Shown here in pieces: positions 13,101 to 25,825 of a stretch of 64,000 nt of DNA. Each line of letters opens with the position of its first letter. Positions within the stretch are counted from its first letter, which is position 1. The notes beneath the pieces were generated by a model. That model had not been told where the DNA came from. It did no database searches and saw nothing but the letters and a program-made list of their open reading frames with translations. Made by a program: the position numbers and the translations under genes. The stretch is from Ruditapes philippinarum (taxonomy: Eukaryota): positions 434,001 through 498,000 of the forward strand of contig NW_026861840.1 in NCBI RefSeq assembly GCF_026571515.1. The letters run 5' to 3'.

Positions 13101-16100
13101 AACTCTCACTTCCGTGACAAGGAACCAGACTTATAACAACTCTCACTTCCGTATCCGGTTTACAATGTAATAATCGTACAAAATTTTATGTACAAGACTT
13201 GATGATGAATTAGACTTGAAGTTCGTTGAAGTTTTGATATAAATTATCAAGTGGTCATAATTTTGCACATGTATGTTGATATCCGGAAAACGCGAACTTC
13301 CTTCTCAGCTGAATTTCCGTCATTTTGTGTATTTAGCTGCTTCTGAATAAAATTGTCTTTTTATTTTTTATTTTTTCATTTTCCATCTTGAAGTGAAAAT
13401 GCTTATAGCAATATAGCAATTAATTTAACCTATGAAATGCACACTGGCAAATGCCATTTAGCTATTGACTAGGAAGTGCATAGCGCAGTATTTCATAAAA
13501 TATTAGAATAGTTGATGAATTCAGTATTACCGACTATATCATGTTGCAAGCGTGCATGCATAACTGTTTTATTATAGTTTGAAACTGTTCAACATTATAT
13601 TTCGAAAGACCCTGCAGGCACATACAATGCGACACCAGAAGCAAGGTAACATGGAAAATTTACTGTCTGTGCATGCAGAGATAACTCCGTGTACAAGCGC
13701 TTAATTAATAATTTACCCTCAATACAAAATTCACAATAGCAAGTTACTTGTCTACTGTAGGGTATTAAGAGCATCATGCCCCCAAGTTCATGCTAATTTT
13801 CATGAACATTTTGAAAATAGATTTTATAGTAAAATATTGTGAAGCACATACAATTCACATAGATTACAAAAAAGTGGTCAAAAGTTGCAAACATGGCCCT
13901 TACTGCGTTAGTCACGCAATAAAGATTATTTTTTTAAGATGAAAATTTTGATAAGGGTATTTTTTGCTAAATTAAAAAGTTGAAGTTTTTTTAATACAAT
14001 TTCTTTTCACTTTATCTTATTTTGAGAATTATCATAATTATAATAAAAATGTTGGTGTCTTCTTTCATCCCATCATGATATTACAAAAATATATGACCTA
14101 CTAATATTCACTGATACATATAGCACCTGTAAATGACGCCTACACTATTGTAGTTGTTTCATGTCTATATAATATTTGGTTGTCGTTTGGAGACTTTGGT
14201 TACAATAATAGTTTTCTTTAAGTTCTTTTTTGCTATTTTTAAGACTAGAATATTTTCTATTTTTATTTGTAATTAAAAGTTAAAAAAAAATTTAATACAA
14301 TCTCGTTTCATTTTTTTTTTCTTATTTTGTAAATTATCATAATTATAATAAAAATGTTGGTGTTTTCTTTCATCCCATCATGATATTACAAAAATATATG
14401 ACCTACTAATATTCACTGATACATATAGCACCTGTAAATGACGCCTACACTATTGTAGTTGTTTCATGTCTATATAATATTTGGTTGTCGTTTGGAGACT
14501 TAGATTACAATAATAGTTTTCTTTAAGATCCTTTTTTGCTATTTTTAAGACTATTATATTTTCTAATTTTATTTTTAATTTCATTCGTTCGTTCGATCAA
14601 TTCCTTCTTTTTTCCTTCGTTCGCTCCAACCTTCGTCCGATCCTTTCTTTGTTCGTTCAGTCGTTCGTTCCTTCCTTCCTTCCTTCTTTCCTTCCTTTCT
14701 TCCTTTCTTCCTTCCTCCCTTCCGTCCTTCATTCATTCATATTTATTCATATTCATATTATTCATTCAGTCATATATTCATTCTAACCGAAAAACTCTTA
14801 CCTGTCTTTTTTCTCGAAGATGTGGGTCAACATTTAGTGCCTTGCCTAAATAAAGAAAAGAACATACATTTGTAACTTGGAACTAAGACATTTTATGCAA
14901 CGCAACATTTGTTGATGCAGTTAAAATTTTGATATATCCGCGTTGACCTTCGTATTGTCATACTCACTTATTTTAAAGGTGGCAAAATGTTGCAGGATAT
15001 AATTAATCGGGACACTGTTAAAGCAGCATGCTTCCAGATTCATGCTAATTTTCATGAACAAAAAATTTAATGTATTAAAAAGTAAAATATTGTCAAGTGA
15101 AAAGTGAAAGTATTTTACACATTGCAAATGGTACTTAAAATCTACGAAAATGATCAAAAATAGATCAGAAAATGTAGAAATGGCCGTAATGGCGTTAGTA
15201 AAGCACTAGAAATATGGAGTAATCAACTGGAAACTAAGTCATTATTTCCATTTATCATGTAAATTATTTCTTAAACTGTAAATGTTTTTAATATTCTTAA
15301 AATCTTATTGCATTTTCTCAAGTTTGATTTTCTTGAAATATTTCGGCTCATCTAGAGGCTTTAAGGTCATATGGTAACTTTTATCAAGACTCCAGTGTGC
15401 ATTTATGACCCGAACAGGTGATTTTCCGTATAAGCTTCCATATGAAAGTTTCCTTGGCGGGATTCGAACCACATCGGTCCTGGAGGTCCCATCCCATATT
15501 ATCTCAAAGAATATGAATAATATATTAATGACTTAGTGTTGAGTGTCTAAAATTATATATTCCAGAAATAAAAAACCTGCTTTTGAATGTTACGTACGTT
15601 AAGTTGTGACGTCACATTCTCCAACTCATATTAGCCGCGTCACGACAAAACCAACATAGTGCATTTGCGACCAGCATAGATCCAGACCAGCCTGCGCATT
15701 CGCGCAGTCTGACCAGGATCCATGCTTTTCGATATCACTTTCTCTCCTTGTAAAAGGGTTGGTAAGCGAACAGCATGGATCCTGATCAGACTGCGCGGAT
15801 GCGCAGGCTGGTCTGGATCCATGCTGGTCGCAAATGCACTAAGTTGGTTTTGTTGTGACGCGGCTCATATATAGATTTTTTTCGCATTTAAAGGGATTAG
15901 GACTAATACTGATAATGAGTTATTTTTTAATATATTTATATTCTCTTTTTATATTTATCTATTTATTTTACTTATGTTTTAAGATTTTAAAAAGTCTATC
16001 ATCTAAGGAATGTTTTCTTAAATCTATGACAGTTATTAATTCTTAAATCTATGACAGTTATTAATTCTTAAATCTATGACAGTTATTGATACATGAAAAA

Positions 16101-16178
16101 ATGCTTACCTTCATGGGAAAGAATTAGTAACACAAACAATAAATAGTGACAACAGATTAATGACCGTGTCACCAACAT
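1766..16178 (-). CDS. CRISP/CAP-superfamily cysteine-rich secretory protein (Conus Tex31/Mr30-like architecture) with Thr-rich stalk and hydrophobic C-terminus, 11 coding exons, 377 aa
   Basis: All introns are GT-AG with consistent phases. Exons: 16178-16109 (signal MLVTRSLICCHYLLFVLLILSHE), 14845-14802 (..LREKRQ), 11433-11352 (VDCAEKYKTITSDHSAC), 9955-9864 (ILNHHNKARREVSPTATDMMKM), 8214-8124 (MWDDEIANTAQRWAENC..H), 7466-7324 (GQNLA..WEDE..GHYTQ), 5995-5910 (MIWAKSSKIGCG..YYVCNYGP), 5634-5552 (hinge PYTSGGKCTACFSNCDDGLC), 4869-4765 (EGF-like CLNGGTMDFSTCTCNC), 3981-3868 (ShK-like ..CPVMCNWC), 1989-1766 (T-rich, hydrophobic tail, TAA). Total 1134 nt with no internal stop. Confidence 0.93.
2045..2358. 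repeat. Degenerate direct repeat (~90 bp) with an internal inverted segment; possible Crypton-like non-autonomous element
   Basis: atatacggtcttataacctgtca...gagaaaaaagtgagatttcttcataaat (2045-2139) recurs at ~2261-2357; tgacaggttatatggcc (~2201) is the inverse of the unit start. Confidence 0.45.
2456..3797. mobile_element. Foldback/MITE-like element with ~120-bp TIRs enclosing ~15 tandem 76-80-bp hairpin units, flanked by TTAA
   Basis: The first 53 bp (gtccatgaagttggcacagagatcg...) are a perfect inverted match to the end at 3797. TTAA at 2452-2455 and 3798-3801. Unit: gaatgtcgagctg-N~35-cagctcgacattc plus an A-rich linker. Confidence 0.85.
4078..4145. repeat. (TTCT)n/(TTTA)n microsatellite
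   Basis: Directly visible. Confidence 0.9.
6178..7125. repeat. 45-bp minisatellite (dimer of related 22/23-bp subunits)
   Basis: Unit tgtcaaacgtcatttcatatgacgatcaaagttatttcatatgat; it explains the 15-aa periodic ORFs 6212-6397 and 6499-6906. Confidence 0.92.
7928..8092. repeat. (ATATC)n microsatellite
   Basis: Directly visible pentamer run. Confidence 0.92.
8878..9015 (-). mobile_element. Degenerate SINE body fragment (same family as 42823-43102)
   Basis: ggtcata..tggcgactttccag..aggcacgagcggcgggtacctgaatagaac resembles the 42870-42985 body. Confidence 0.5.
9461..9695. mobile_element. Palindromic MITE, Sola1-type termini, copy 1
   Basis: Near-perfect ~100-bp arms gagctgcgtcacgacaaaacc...gtcatgacgcggctc; 4-bp TSD AAAT. 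Confidence 0.9.
10890..11260. repeat. Degenerate ~22-bp tandem repeat
   Basis: Recurrent gtttgactactatg(t/c)c(a/c)tcgt variants. Confidence 0.6.
13970..14575. repeat. Recent ~300-bp tandem duplication in a CRISP intron
   Basis: aattatcataattataataaaaatgttggtg...tttgctatttttaagacta occurs twice, near-identical, with a period of ~303 bp. Confidence 0.9.
14580..14782. repeat. Compound (TTCG/TTCC/TTCA)n microsatellite
   Basis: Directly visible; source of spurious ORFs 14523-14732 and 14536-14853. Confidence 0.85.
15632..15866. mobile_element. Palindromic MITE, Sola1-type termini, copy 2
   Basis: Same arms as 9461-9695; TSD ATAT. Confidence 0.9.
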
Positions 16179-17194
16179 CGTAGAAATATATTTCTTTTAA
16201 TTACTTAAATCAATAACTTTAAATTTTCTTTCGTCTATTTCACTTTTATACACTTAACAGAAATGTACGTTGAAAGCAATGAATTTCCAGGACTTTAAAA
16301 TTCAACAAAATACTAAATTCATTAAAATCCATATGAAAAAAATCAACCAATACAACCACGTCTCATTTTTATTTACTTTATCTAACAGTTGATACACGTA
16401 TAAAGAAAGAACAAGCTCTTGCGCTTTTGAAGTTATCCAATTTCTCTCTTTTTTTCTTTTAACATATATTTTTACGGGTGAATTGAATACAAAATTGAAA
16501 TTTAAACACTGAAATAAACTAAATCAATTAATGAGTTTAGATGATGCCGATTGTATTCTAAAGTCATCAAGCATGGCAATTGTGTTAATTTATTATTATA
16601 AGTAGGTTAAAATTTATACGCCTGAAGTATGTATAATTAAGATCAACTTATGAATTTCCCTGTGTGAAGTTCGTATCAGTTATTGACTTTGTCTATAAGG
16701 TGAGGCCCCGTTGTTGTCGTCGTAGTCGTCATCGTCGTCATAACTCGTGTCCGCAGTTATGTCGGAACTCAATACGTCTAAATTAACATTTAGGTATATT
16801 ACATTTATTTCAGCATAGAATGATAAACCATGACATATTTAAGTAATATACATTTAAGTTTAGTATATGATTAATATACATATTTACGCTAGATTATTGA
16901 TTAACAAGTTTGAGAGGGAAGTCAGTGACTTCCTGGTGGTGGTTTGGTCAAGACACCCAGTACAATTGCGTTTTTGATGCTTGCTGAAATGAAAATGATT
17001 ATTCTACGCAACAAACGCATATAAAACATTGTAGATTGAATTAAACACTTATACGTTCCGACAAGTGTGATGAATTATTGATAAGCAAACTGTTTCAATT
17101 ATAGTTATTAAAGATTGCGTGATGAATTAATTGATTAATTCTTGCAAAAGAGATCATTCCCGAACGTTATATTGTGAGCTCGACATAAATTATT

Positions 17195-19165
17195 GAAGTT
17201 ATTGATGAAGGTAAACTATGAAAAGGAAATGGTATAGATGGAATACCTACTGAAGCCTTAAAGAATGACACCGCTGTTATGTTTATGTACTCTCTGTTTA
17301 ATGTATGTTTCAAAAGTGGTACAATTGCAAATATTTGTGGTAAAAGCATCATTAACCCTATTCCTAAGTCCGCAAGTATGGATCCAAGGAACCCATTATC
17401 ATATAGGGGAATTTCTTTAACTTGTTCTGTTTATAAACTCTATTGTGCTATTTTAGATAATACACTGAGTAACTGGGCTGAAAATCGAGATATCATTGTT
17501 GACGAACAGAACAGTAAGAAGCACTATTGATCATTAATCTACGCTAACAAATATTATTGATACTAGGAAAAACGTATTTAGTCTACATTTGCTGCTTTTA
17601 TAGATTTTAAAAAGGCATATAAAAATATAAATAGAGATTTACTATGGAAAAAAATTTATGACATAGGTATAAAATGTTGGGTGCTGTACAATCTTTGTAT
17701 GATTCTGTATATTCATGTGTGAGAATTAACTCCAAACATACTGACTGGTTTACTGTTAAGTCTGGATTACGTCAAGGCTGTATATTATCTCCCCTTTTGT
17801 TTAATTTACATATAAATGATCTTGCTGTTTACCTAAAATCTCTTCATATTGGTGTTGACTATGGATCTGATAAAATATGTATGTTACTTTATGCAGATGA
17901 TATTGTCTTGTTGGCAAACGATGAGAAAGATTTGCAATGTTTATTAAATACACTTATTAACAACTGATGTAGCATACCGGGTATATCGATATGTTTATAA
18001 ATAGTAGTAAAAGTCAAATTGTCTTCTTATTGCTAAATGTAAATCGGCTGATGGTCTTCCGTACAATGTACCTACCCACCTATATGATTCTACGGTTTGG
18101 CCAACAATCGGTTAAGGTTCTGCTATCTGGGGTTATCGCTCTTACTCGTGCATTAACGCAGTGCAGTTTCGCGCCATGCGCTTCTTTTTATGTGTCGGTA
18201 GATATACGTCTAACATCGCGGTTTCAGGTGAAATGGGATGGATAACCCCAGAAATCAGACAGTGGAAATCCATTGCTATTATTTATCTAGATTGTCTTAT
18301 ATGCTTGATTGTAGAGTAAACAAACGAGTTGCACTTTGTACTACATCTGCAGCAAATATGACATGTATGACGTGTCCGTCTGGTCGTGGTGGCAATAAGT
18401 TGCGTACAAACAGAATATGAGACAGAATTGCCATTATGCCTCCTTGTCATCGCACTGCATTTAGCAAGTTTCGTTGTGGTGTCGCGTCTTTACGCATAGA
18501 AACTGGGCGTTACGAAGGCTTAGATGTATTGGTGCGAAAATGCCAGTTCTGTGACAGTATTGAAGACGAAAGCCATGTCATTCTTGTATTGCTTTGTGTA
18601 CGATGACTGGAGACAATCTTTATTTAATAAAGCTAAAAAACGGTAGATAATGCATTTGTAGAAATGTCAAAAAATGAACAATTTATATTTCTGTTCACTA
18701 AAACTGAAATGATACGTTATTGTGCCAAAACTTGTTTTAACATTTTACAACGTCGTCTTTTATTTTCTTGTAAATAATGTCATTGTACTTGCTTTATTTT
18801 TACCTAGGTTAAGGTAATCATTGCTAATCAGTTCATGCAAGATCTAATCTTGGATGATAATCGATCTTTTGAAATGTTTTTAAAACGCGTGTTAGGGTTC
18901 CGATTTACAGTTTTTAATTTCTTACATCATCTTTTTAGGGCAGTTTTTACTTTTCGATTAGCAATGGTATATTCTGTTTATATACACTGTAATTAAATTG
19001 TTTGATTTTAGTCTAACTATAATAATTCTTGAAAATGTTTCTCATTGATATAATGTCTCTTGAAATTCTTAAATAGAATGGTCGTATGCAGATTTTGTGC
19101 ATATTTGTACAAGGGAGGTAACTATTTAATCTAAATATGGTTATCTAACAGACATAACAAATACA
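17195..19165 (+). mobile_element. 5'-truncated, frameshifted non-LTR retrotransposon (LINE ORF2 RT plus C-terminal domain; L2/CR1/RTE-X-like, clade not resolved)
   Basis: RT motifs GIDGIP, YRGISL, FIDFKKAY, GLRQGCILSPLLFN..INDL, LLYADD. C-terminal FRCGVASLRIETGRY..C..C..IEDESH at ~18470-18580. Stops and frameshifts present. The 3' boundary is approximate. Confidence 0.9.
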
Positions 19166-20029
19166 TGTGAGGCGCGACGCGAGAAAACCGGTCTTAATGA
19201 CATTTTTTTCGAAATTTTGTTTTTAACTAATTATTGTAGATATTTTTTTTCTGCATAAGAGAGTGAAAACCGTTTTAAGATCAAAATATTAATTATCGAG
19301 ATATGCCGATTTAAAGAACGTCATATATTTGAACACTTTGTTATCAAATGACGTCGAAAAATTAAATTGACGTTTAACGTTATTACTTGTAGACTTTTAA
19401 TGCGGCAATTACGTTTATCTTAAATCCACCCAATAATTATGTTTAAACTTTAAAAAGAAGTTAGTAATTAAGTTATGTAAACATTAGACCTCTCGCTAAT
19501 TGCGATTTTAGTGTTGCTTAGCAACGTAATAAGAACACGCATAAGCGTGTCATACACGGCGTAAACCATTGCCACGTTATATTCCTTAAATTTGGACAAA
19601 ACATTTCAACATCCTTACGGGATTTTTTCAAAATATATACTGCCTGAAAAACAAATATTGCAGACCACGAACAGAAGGCGTTGTTGGGTTTTTATATGCA
19701 CTGATCGCATAGGTTTAATCCGTTGCCGTCAGCGGGCACCTTGTTAGGCATATACCAAATACAAAATGTACAAAGAAATAAATAAACAAACAATAGCGTA
19801 TATGTCTACGTATTTTGAACATTATTTATTTTTGCGGCTATGGCAAAACTATAGACAGTTAAATAAAAAGCTCCATTTTTTTCTTTACAACAGAAAAATG
19901 TAGAAAATTGTAAAATATTAAATAATATCGTATTATGAACATAGAAACAATGGTGATAGTTTTAAACTACAAACAAAAGTTCTGTGGATACTTAAGTCAG
20001 CACTTGGCAGTTATAACAGTGCCCCTTAA

Positions 20030-23000
20030 TCACTGATAATATGACTGACTGTCTTGACTGACAAACGCTCGCACACTTCGCGACAAATATCTCTTACGCT
20101 CTGATGTCATTCCCCCGGGCGTAATAACCCTTGGACGGGCACATGAACTGAACCGGAATCCGGGTTCTTTCAAGACTTGGATCAAATGTTCCTCGCCTTC
20201 AGGTGTTTTTCTCGCCATTACCACTCCCGGTGTGTCCGACTGGAACCGGAAATGCTGGAATTTTCTATCAATAGAAAAATGATAAATATCCGTTATGACA
20301 AATGCAACAAACTTATTTCCTAATATGCATCTATAAATAAAAAAAATAAACATTTTTCAGAGCTTATTTAGAATTATTTAAGTTAAAAGAACGGTAGAGC
20401 TTGGAAAGCTCTTACATAGCATGACCGTTAACTTGGTCACGCGGCAGAAAAAAATTGTTTAAAGAATTTTATTTACGTTAAAGTGTATTAAGGTGGAGGA
20501 TATATGCGACGAATTCGTCTGCATAATATTTTGTTCCGGAACATTTTACATGTATCCTGTTTTATAATAATATAAATGTGGAGACATTCTATGTGACAAC
20601 TCTTTCTTTCATTTTTTCATGTGTAAAGTATTTTATTAGATATAGCTTATAACTTTTTAAGAACCATTGTGTAAAATCAAAGAAAAAAATACTAGTAAAC
20701 GATTAATAGAAACAACACACTCTTAAATTTTCATGTATAAGATATTTTCTCTTTCTATGGTTCAGGAACGTAGAGTCTGGATTTGTGAGTTAACAACATT
20801 TTTATTTGAATGAGATAAAAATAGTTTACCTTATACCAATAATTGGTTTGAAAAATCTCTCTAGAAAGGGTTTCCATTGCCGCCATGGCCACTGGGGGTA
20901 ACAAACAGCGCTGTTTGTTGTTCTTTGTTACATCGGCCAGCTTTTGAAGTGTTTTTACATCATGCCTCCGGAATTTAATTTTTAGATGTGCAAATCCCGC
21001 ATCAACTAAACACATCGCATGTGCATCGAAGATTTGAATTATTTTGTAAAATTGAAAAGCCTTACCTGCCGCGATTTCAAAGAAAAAATAATTATGCTTT
21101 TGAACAAATGTTACATATATTTTGTCCTTGGAGGGGTGTGGGGTTGGGAAACAGATAAAATTGTCAAAGTCTGTTTAGATTGCCGAGTAACAAGAAGTTA
21201 GAAAAGAATCTAAGTAATAAAGATTTCTTGAATCAGTACATATGGTGCATATGATACTCGATCTTTTCTATCCTTTCTATCGCGCCACATAAAATATCCA
21301 ATAGTGTATCGGTTTTTATTCTGCCCTGAAATATAAGGCAGGCTAGTTAAAATATAGTTCAATTAATTTGTATGTTTAGTAATCTATTGAGCAATAGCAA
21401 TTCAGTTATACACAATAAGTCTTTTAATTGTGAAGAAAATAGTAAGACTGATATTTTTAACTATGTACAGACATGCATTTAATTGCATTACTTGTATTGA
21501 TACTGCAGTACCTAGCGCATATTTATTTTGCAAATACTGCATAAGTACTGTCACACACAAGATATGCTGCCACTTGTACTGGTACTGAATAACTGCTCAA
21601 AATGTTGTACTGGTACTGCATTTGGCACTACTTTTGATTTCATTATAAATTGGAAAAGAACATTTTTATAACATATATTGTTCTATTTAATGGAAAGTTT
21701 ATACTTTTACATTACGGACATTTTGTTGTGACAGTCTGTATGCAAACTAAGTTAAAATCCCTTAAATGTAAAAGTACTGGTATTTATTTGCCTTAAAACT
21801 AAACGTACTGGTACAGCAGTACTGGTATTTCTCCTGATATTACATAAATTGAAACTGGTTCTGGTATTAATTTTAAAAAGTATATATATCGCAAGTATTA
21901 ATATAATTTTATATCTGATCGTTAAGATGGTAGTTAAGGTGATATAATTAACCGCATTGTAAATATTTTGTTAAAAATAAAAATAATTACCAGGGCAATT
22001 ATCCGAGTGTATCGACAAGGCAGGAGTCTGATTAGCGTGATTCTGCAATGTCCAGTCTACCATCGACAGCACAGCGTCAGGTCCGTGTGTCCCTTTACCA
22101 TCTGGACCTATGGTTTGATCTTCGTCAATCAGGAAGTTCAGTTGGTGAGGGATGCCATCCAGTCTTACTCCGAATATTTGTATTTTACGTAGGGTTAGAA
22201 AGTATAATGGACCCATCTGGCGAGAAAAATGAGGCAAACTGACGTTCTGACTAAAGTCAAATGTAAGATGGACAAACTTTTCCTCCGAGTCACGTGTGTC
22301 AACACTACGCCGTATGCACTCATTATACAGATCACGTTCCTATAAAATTACAAAACAAAAACATCCAAAGTAAAACATAATTTTAACTTCTTAAAACAAC
22401 GATCTTAATATTCAAAATCATAAGAATCATAATATTGTCGGAATAGAAAGCACATGCATTTTTTTTCAATTCTTTTCGTGCATCGAGTCTTATTTGTTAT
22501 TACAAGATATGCTTAGAAAATAATTAATAATTCATGCAGGTCAAATATCTGTTTAAATTATTTATAAGTGTGAAGTTACATTATTGTTTTTTTATATCAT
22601 TACCTTTTGTGCAAGAAGTACGTGGTCCCGCAGTGCCGTCGTTGTTGCTAGTGTCACATCCTCGGTCACTGTACCTGATATTTGTCTGCGCAGCTTCTCA
22701 CAAGTGGCACATACATCATCTTTTGGGCTAGCTATACGTATATGCGGTAAACATGTCCGCCAGATGTCTTTGAATGACGTTAGCTCTAAAGCGCGCACAC
22801 GGGGATCTGAACAAGACTGTTTGTACAGCTGATGCATGTCTTTTTTGGTTGTGTCAGACGTCAGATACACTGGTGGGATGTTGTCTAGGCAACGAGGGGC
22901 TGCAGGTTGAGGGAGACCTCTTTCTTCTGCATAATTTCGGATGAAATAAACAACGCGTATGACATCATCATACGTAATAGCATGCTTTGGTTTTTTACCT

Positions 23001-24239
23001 GCGTTGCCATGCTGTCTTGGAGTTACGCCGTGATGACTGACATGTTTAACAATGGCTCCTAATGCATATTTCGTAATGTCATAACATAACATGAATGTTC
23101 CTTTGCACACCGTTTTTCCTGACACCCGAAATGTCTTCCTAGAACGCTGCCTTTTTTTGCCACGTTTAGTTTTCTCGTCGCTTCCCTCAGCCACTAACGA
23201 CATGATACACAGTTCTTTCTCCTCCTTTGTCATTTCCCTGATAGAAAGAATATGACTCAGTATGTCGTCAAATTTAAACTTTGTATGACAATTAAGACGA
23301 CAACCACAACCTTTTATAATAAATTGTCTTACTGTCTGTGTATCATCAGATGTTTCACAAATGTCCTCCTCACTACTATTACTATCCGTTCCATCATGAT
23401 CAGACTGACTATTCGCGGTGGTGAAGTCTCTTGCTCTTGTAGCTACGAGTTCGGCCTCGTCATTCTCGCATCTTCAGCGCATTCTTCCTTCATCAGAATA
23501 TTCTGAGTCGGTATTATCTCTCGAAAATTCTGTGGTTTGAGAGTTGTTAGGAGTCCTTCCAAAAATGATCCGAGTAAAGGATTCAAGATCCTATAAATGA
23601 AAAAAAAAAATAAAAATAAAAAAAAAAAACGAATAAAAATGTTAGCTTCAGCTGGGATTCGAACTCGATTCGTTTGCGTGACAGGCCACTTCATTATCCA
23701 CTGAGCTATACACTTATCAGTTATGAAGTGGAATTATAAATCAATATTTTAATCTAAAAAACATTTTTTACTCCATGATGACTTAGCATATTTGGACATA
23801 TTACTTTCCTATTTTCTTGCAACAATTTTTAAAATGAATTATGAATTACGAGTTTGTTTTAATTTAACTTGCGACTGATTAGATTATTCTTAAAATAATT
23901 TGCCGATAATATATGAATTATGAAAACAAATGCTCAATACAAAACTGTACTGTACAGTTAAAATCAAAACAACGTAAATTCAGATCTAAATTTATTCTAT
24001 ATAAAGGCACCGCTCAGAGTTGCCAATTCTTATTCTTTTGTATATTGTATACTTAGATCTAATGTAAGTATACTGTAGATTCTTTACTGTTTACAAACGT
24101 CGGTGTACTACCAACAATAAAAGATTATCAATGCTACAGTATGCTCCGATTATAATTTATAAACATGAAAAATATGTTTTTTGTTGTTGATTTTCATCAA
24201 TTATACATAATACACACTTACTTCTAATTCCTCCTCCAT
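20030..24239 (-). pseudogene. Decayed intron-containing Sola1 DDD transposase
   Basis: Exons 24239-24222 (MEEELE), 23590-22604 (in-frame TGA at 23474-23476; CGCRLNC, VCKGTF, PRQHGN, DVCATC), 22339-21991 (HLTFDFSQ..SDNCP), 21325-~21245 (GQNKN, frameshift), ~21020-20830 (HAMCLVDAGF..WRQWKPFL, frameshift), 20264-20030 (KFQHFRF..RKRYL). Confidence 0.85.
23635..23715 (-). promoter_or_regulatory. tRNA-derived Pol III type-2 cassette (A box, B box, oligo-T) in intron 1 of the Sola transposase
   Basis: TAGCTCAGTGG (23708-23698), tRNA-Asp-like arm gcctGTCacgc, GAGTTCGAATC (23666-23656), then T-runs. The acceptor stem does not pair. Confidence 0.65.
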
Positions 24240-24574
24240 CTTTAAATGTTTCCTCTGAATTCCAAAGTCAATACACTTTTAAAAAATATCAATAGCACAC
24301 GATAAACAGTATTTCCGTATTTACATGTGTAATACGCAACAAGAGTGACGTCATTTAAATCGCTGTAGTGCACATTTATTGTCGTGTCATTAAGACCGGT
24401 TTTCTCGCGTCGCGCGTCATGTATTTGCATCCAGTAATCAATAGTCTTACTTTTAAAATACACTTTGCATATGGCAAAAATGGCACGAGTTTTCTTTTTA
24501 TTATTTTTATTTTCCCCTGTAATAATACATTTCATAATTTTCATCAAATTTATTATTACATTATTTCTATATAA

Positions 24575-24870
24575 TATTAAAGCGGCCAGCTTTAGGTTTT
24601 ATTCTACTGAATCTTAAAGCGGCCAGTCTGTAGGTTTTATTCTACTGAATCTTAAAGCGGCCAGTCTCTAGGTTTTATTCTACTGAATCTTAAAGCGTCC
24701 AGCTTTAGGTTTTATTCTACTGAATCTTAAAGCGTCCAGTCTCTATGTTCTATTCTACTGAATCTTAAAGCGTCCAGCTTTAGGTTTTATGCTACTGAAT
24801 CTATAAGTGTCCAGTCTCTAGGTTCTATTCTACTGAATCTTAAAGCGACCAGACTCTTGGTTTTAAAATC
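24575..24870. repeat. ~38-bp satellite, block 1
   Basis: Unit ttaaagcggccagtctctaggttttattctactgaatc. Confidence 0.92.
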
Positions 24871-25825
24871 TCTAGGTTTTAAAATCAGGTCTTGATAGTA
24901 AACAAGAGTCTGGATAAGAGTCCAAAAATGGTAGTAATTCTGTCAAAATTTGTGTTAAAATAATTGGCCTTCTTAGACAGTGACCTTCTATTATGCTCTT
25001 AATTAATTCAACCCATTCCCTTTTAGTAGTTTTGGAGATACTAACTTGCAATAACATAATAACTAGATCAAAATGTGTCGCCGGCCCCGACACCAGAGTC
25101 GGTACAATAGCTCTCCCTATTCTTCGAATAATCAAGCTAAAAATGCTAATTCGTATATAGAATTGCTTGATTCACATTTTTACAAGTCCCAATATGTCTA
25201 AAGTTATCTCCCTTGAAGCCATGTCATGACATTTTAGACGCGTGTCGCATTTATTTGTCTGTGAAGTTTATTTTATTTCTAGATGAAAGGGTTATTTGTT
25301 TATTTATAAATACACTAATTAACTAAGAGTGGGTTAAGTAAATATTCCAAAATATCGTTATTTAAAATCTACATTGAATTGTAAAAAAAAGAAAAAAGAA
25401 AATTCTCCCTTAATTTAGAGGTAAATAGTGAAATGGGGTGTGACTTGAATTTCTTGATTGTAAACTTTTAAAATCTATTGCAAGTATTACATAATAGCTT
25501 GAAAATTTGTTTAATTCATTGAAATGTTAAGACTATAAAGTAAAACTTTGGTTATGAAATGAAATCGGGCAAAGTTTAGTAGATTCGAGTTATTTGTTCA
25601 TGCATAGTTTATTTTACGGCATTCTTCGTATGTGGATTGAAATAGGTTTATAAAGCCTTTAAATTGTTCACTATTTTTATTCACTCGAAGCCTGTGGTTT
25701 CATTTTGATAGTGTTTAGTGAAAAAATTGTAAACTTACATAATGAAGTCTTGACACACCTTCATTCGATAGATTAACAAAATACAAAAATTTTCTTTCAA
25801 ATTTCCAACGCTACATATGATCAGA

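Larger units (their letters stand above)
19169..24418 (-). mobile_element. Full-length (5.25 kb) Sola1 DNA transposon
   Basis: 34-bp TIRs gaggcgcgacgcgagaaaaccggtcttaatgaca (1 mismatch), 4-bp TSD ATGT, internal transposase. Confidence 0.88.

Noticed and set aside
15640-15822. ORF MDPDQPAHPRSLIR (and 59355-59546)
   Set aside because: Reading frames through the palindromic MITE.
23474-23476. In-frame TGA as selenocysteine or readthrough in the transposase (likewise 54139-54141)
   Set aside because: Both loci carry other disabling lesions, and simple CGA/TGG->TGA mutation explains them. No SECIS was recognised.
23640-23715. Functional tRNA-Asp gene (and a tRNA at 47918-47990)
   Set aside because: The acceptor and other stems do not pair; only the promoter boxes are retained.
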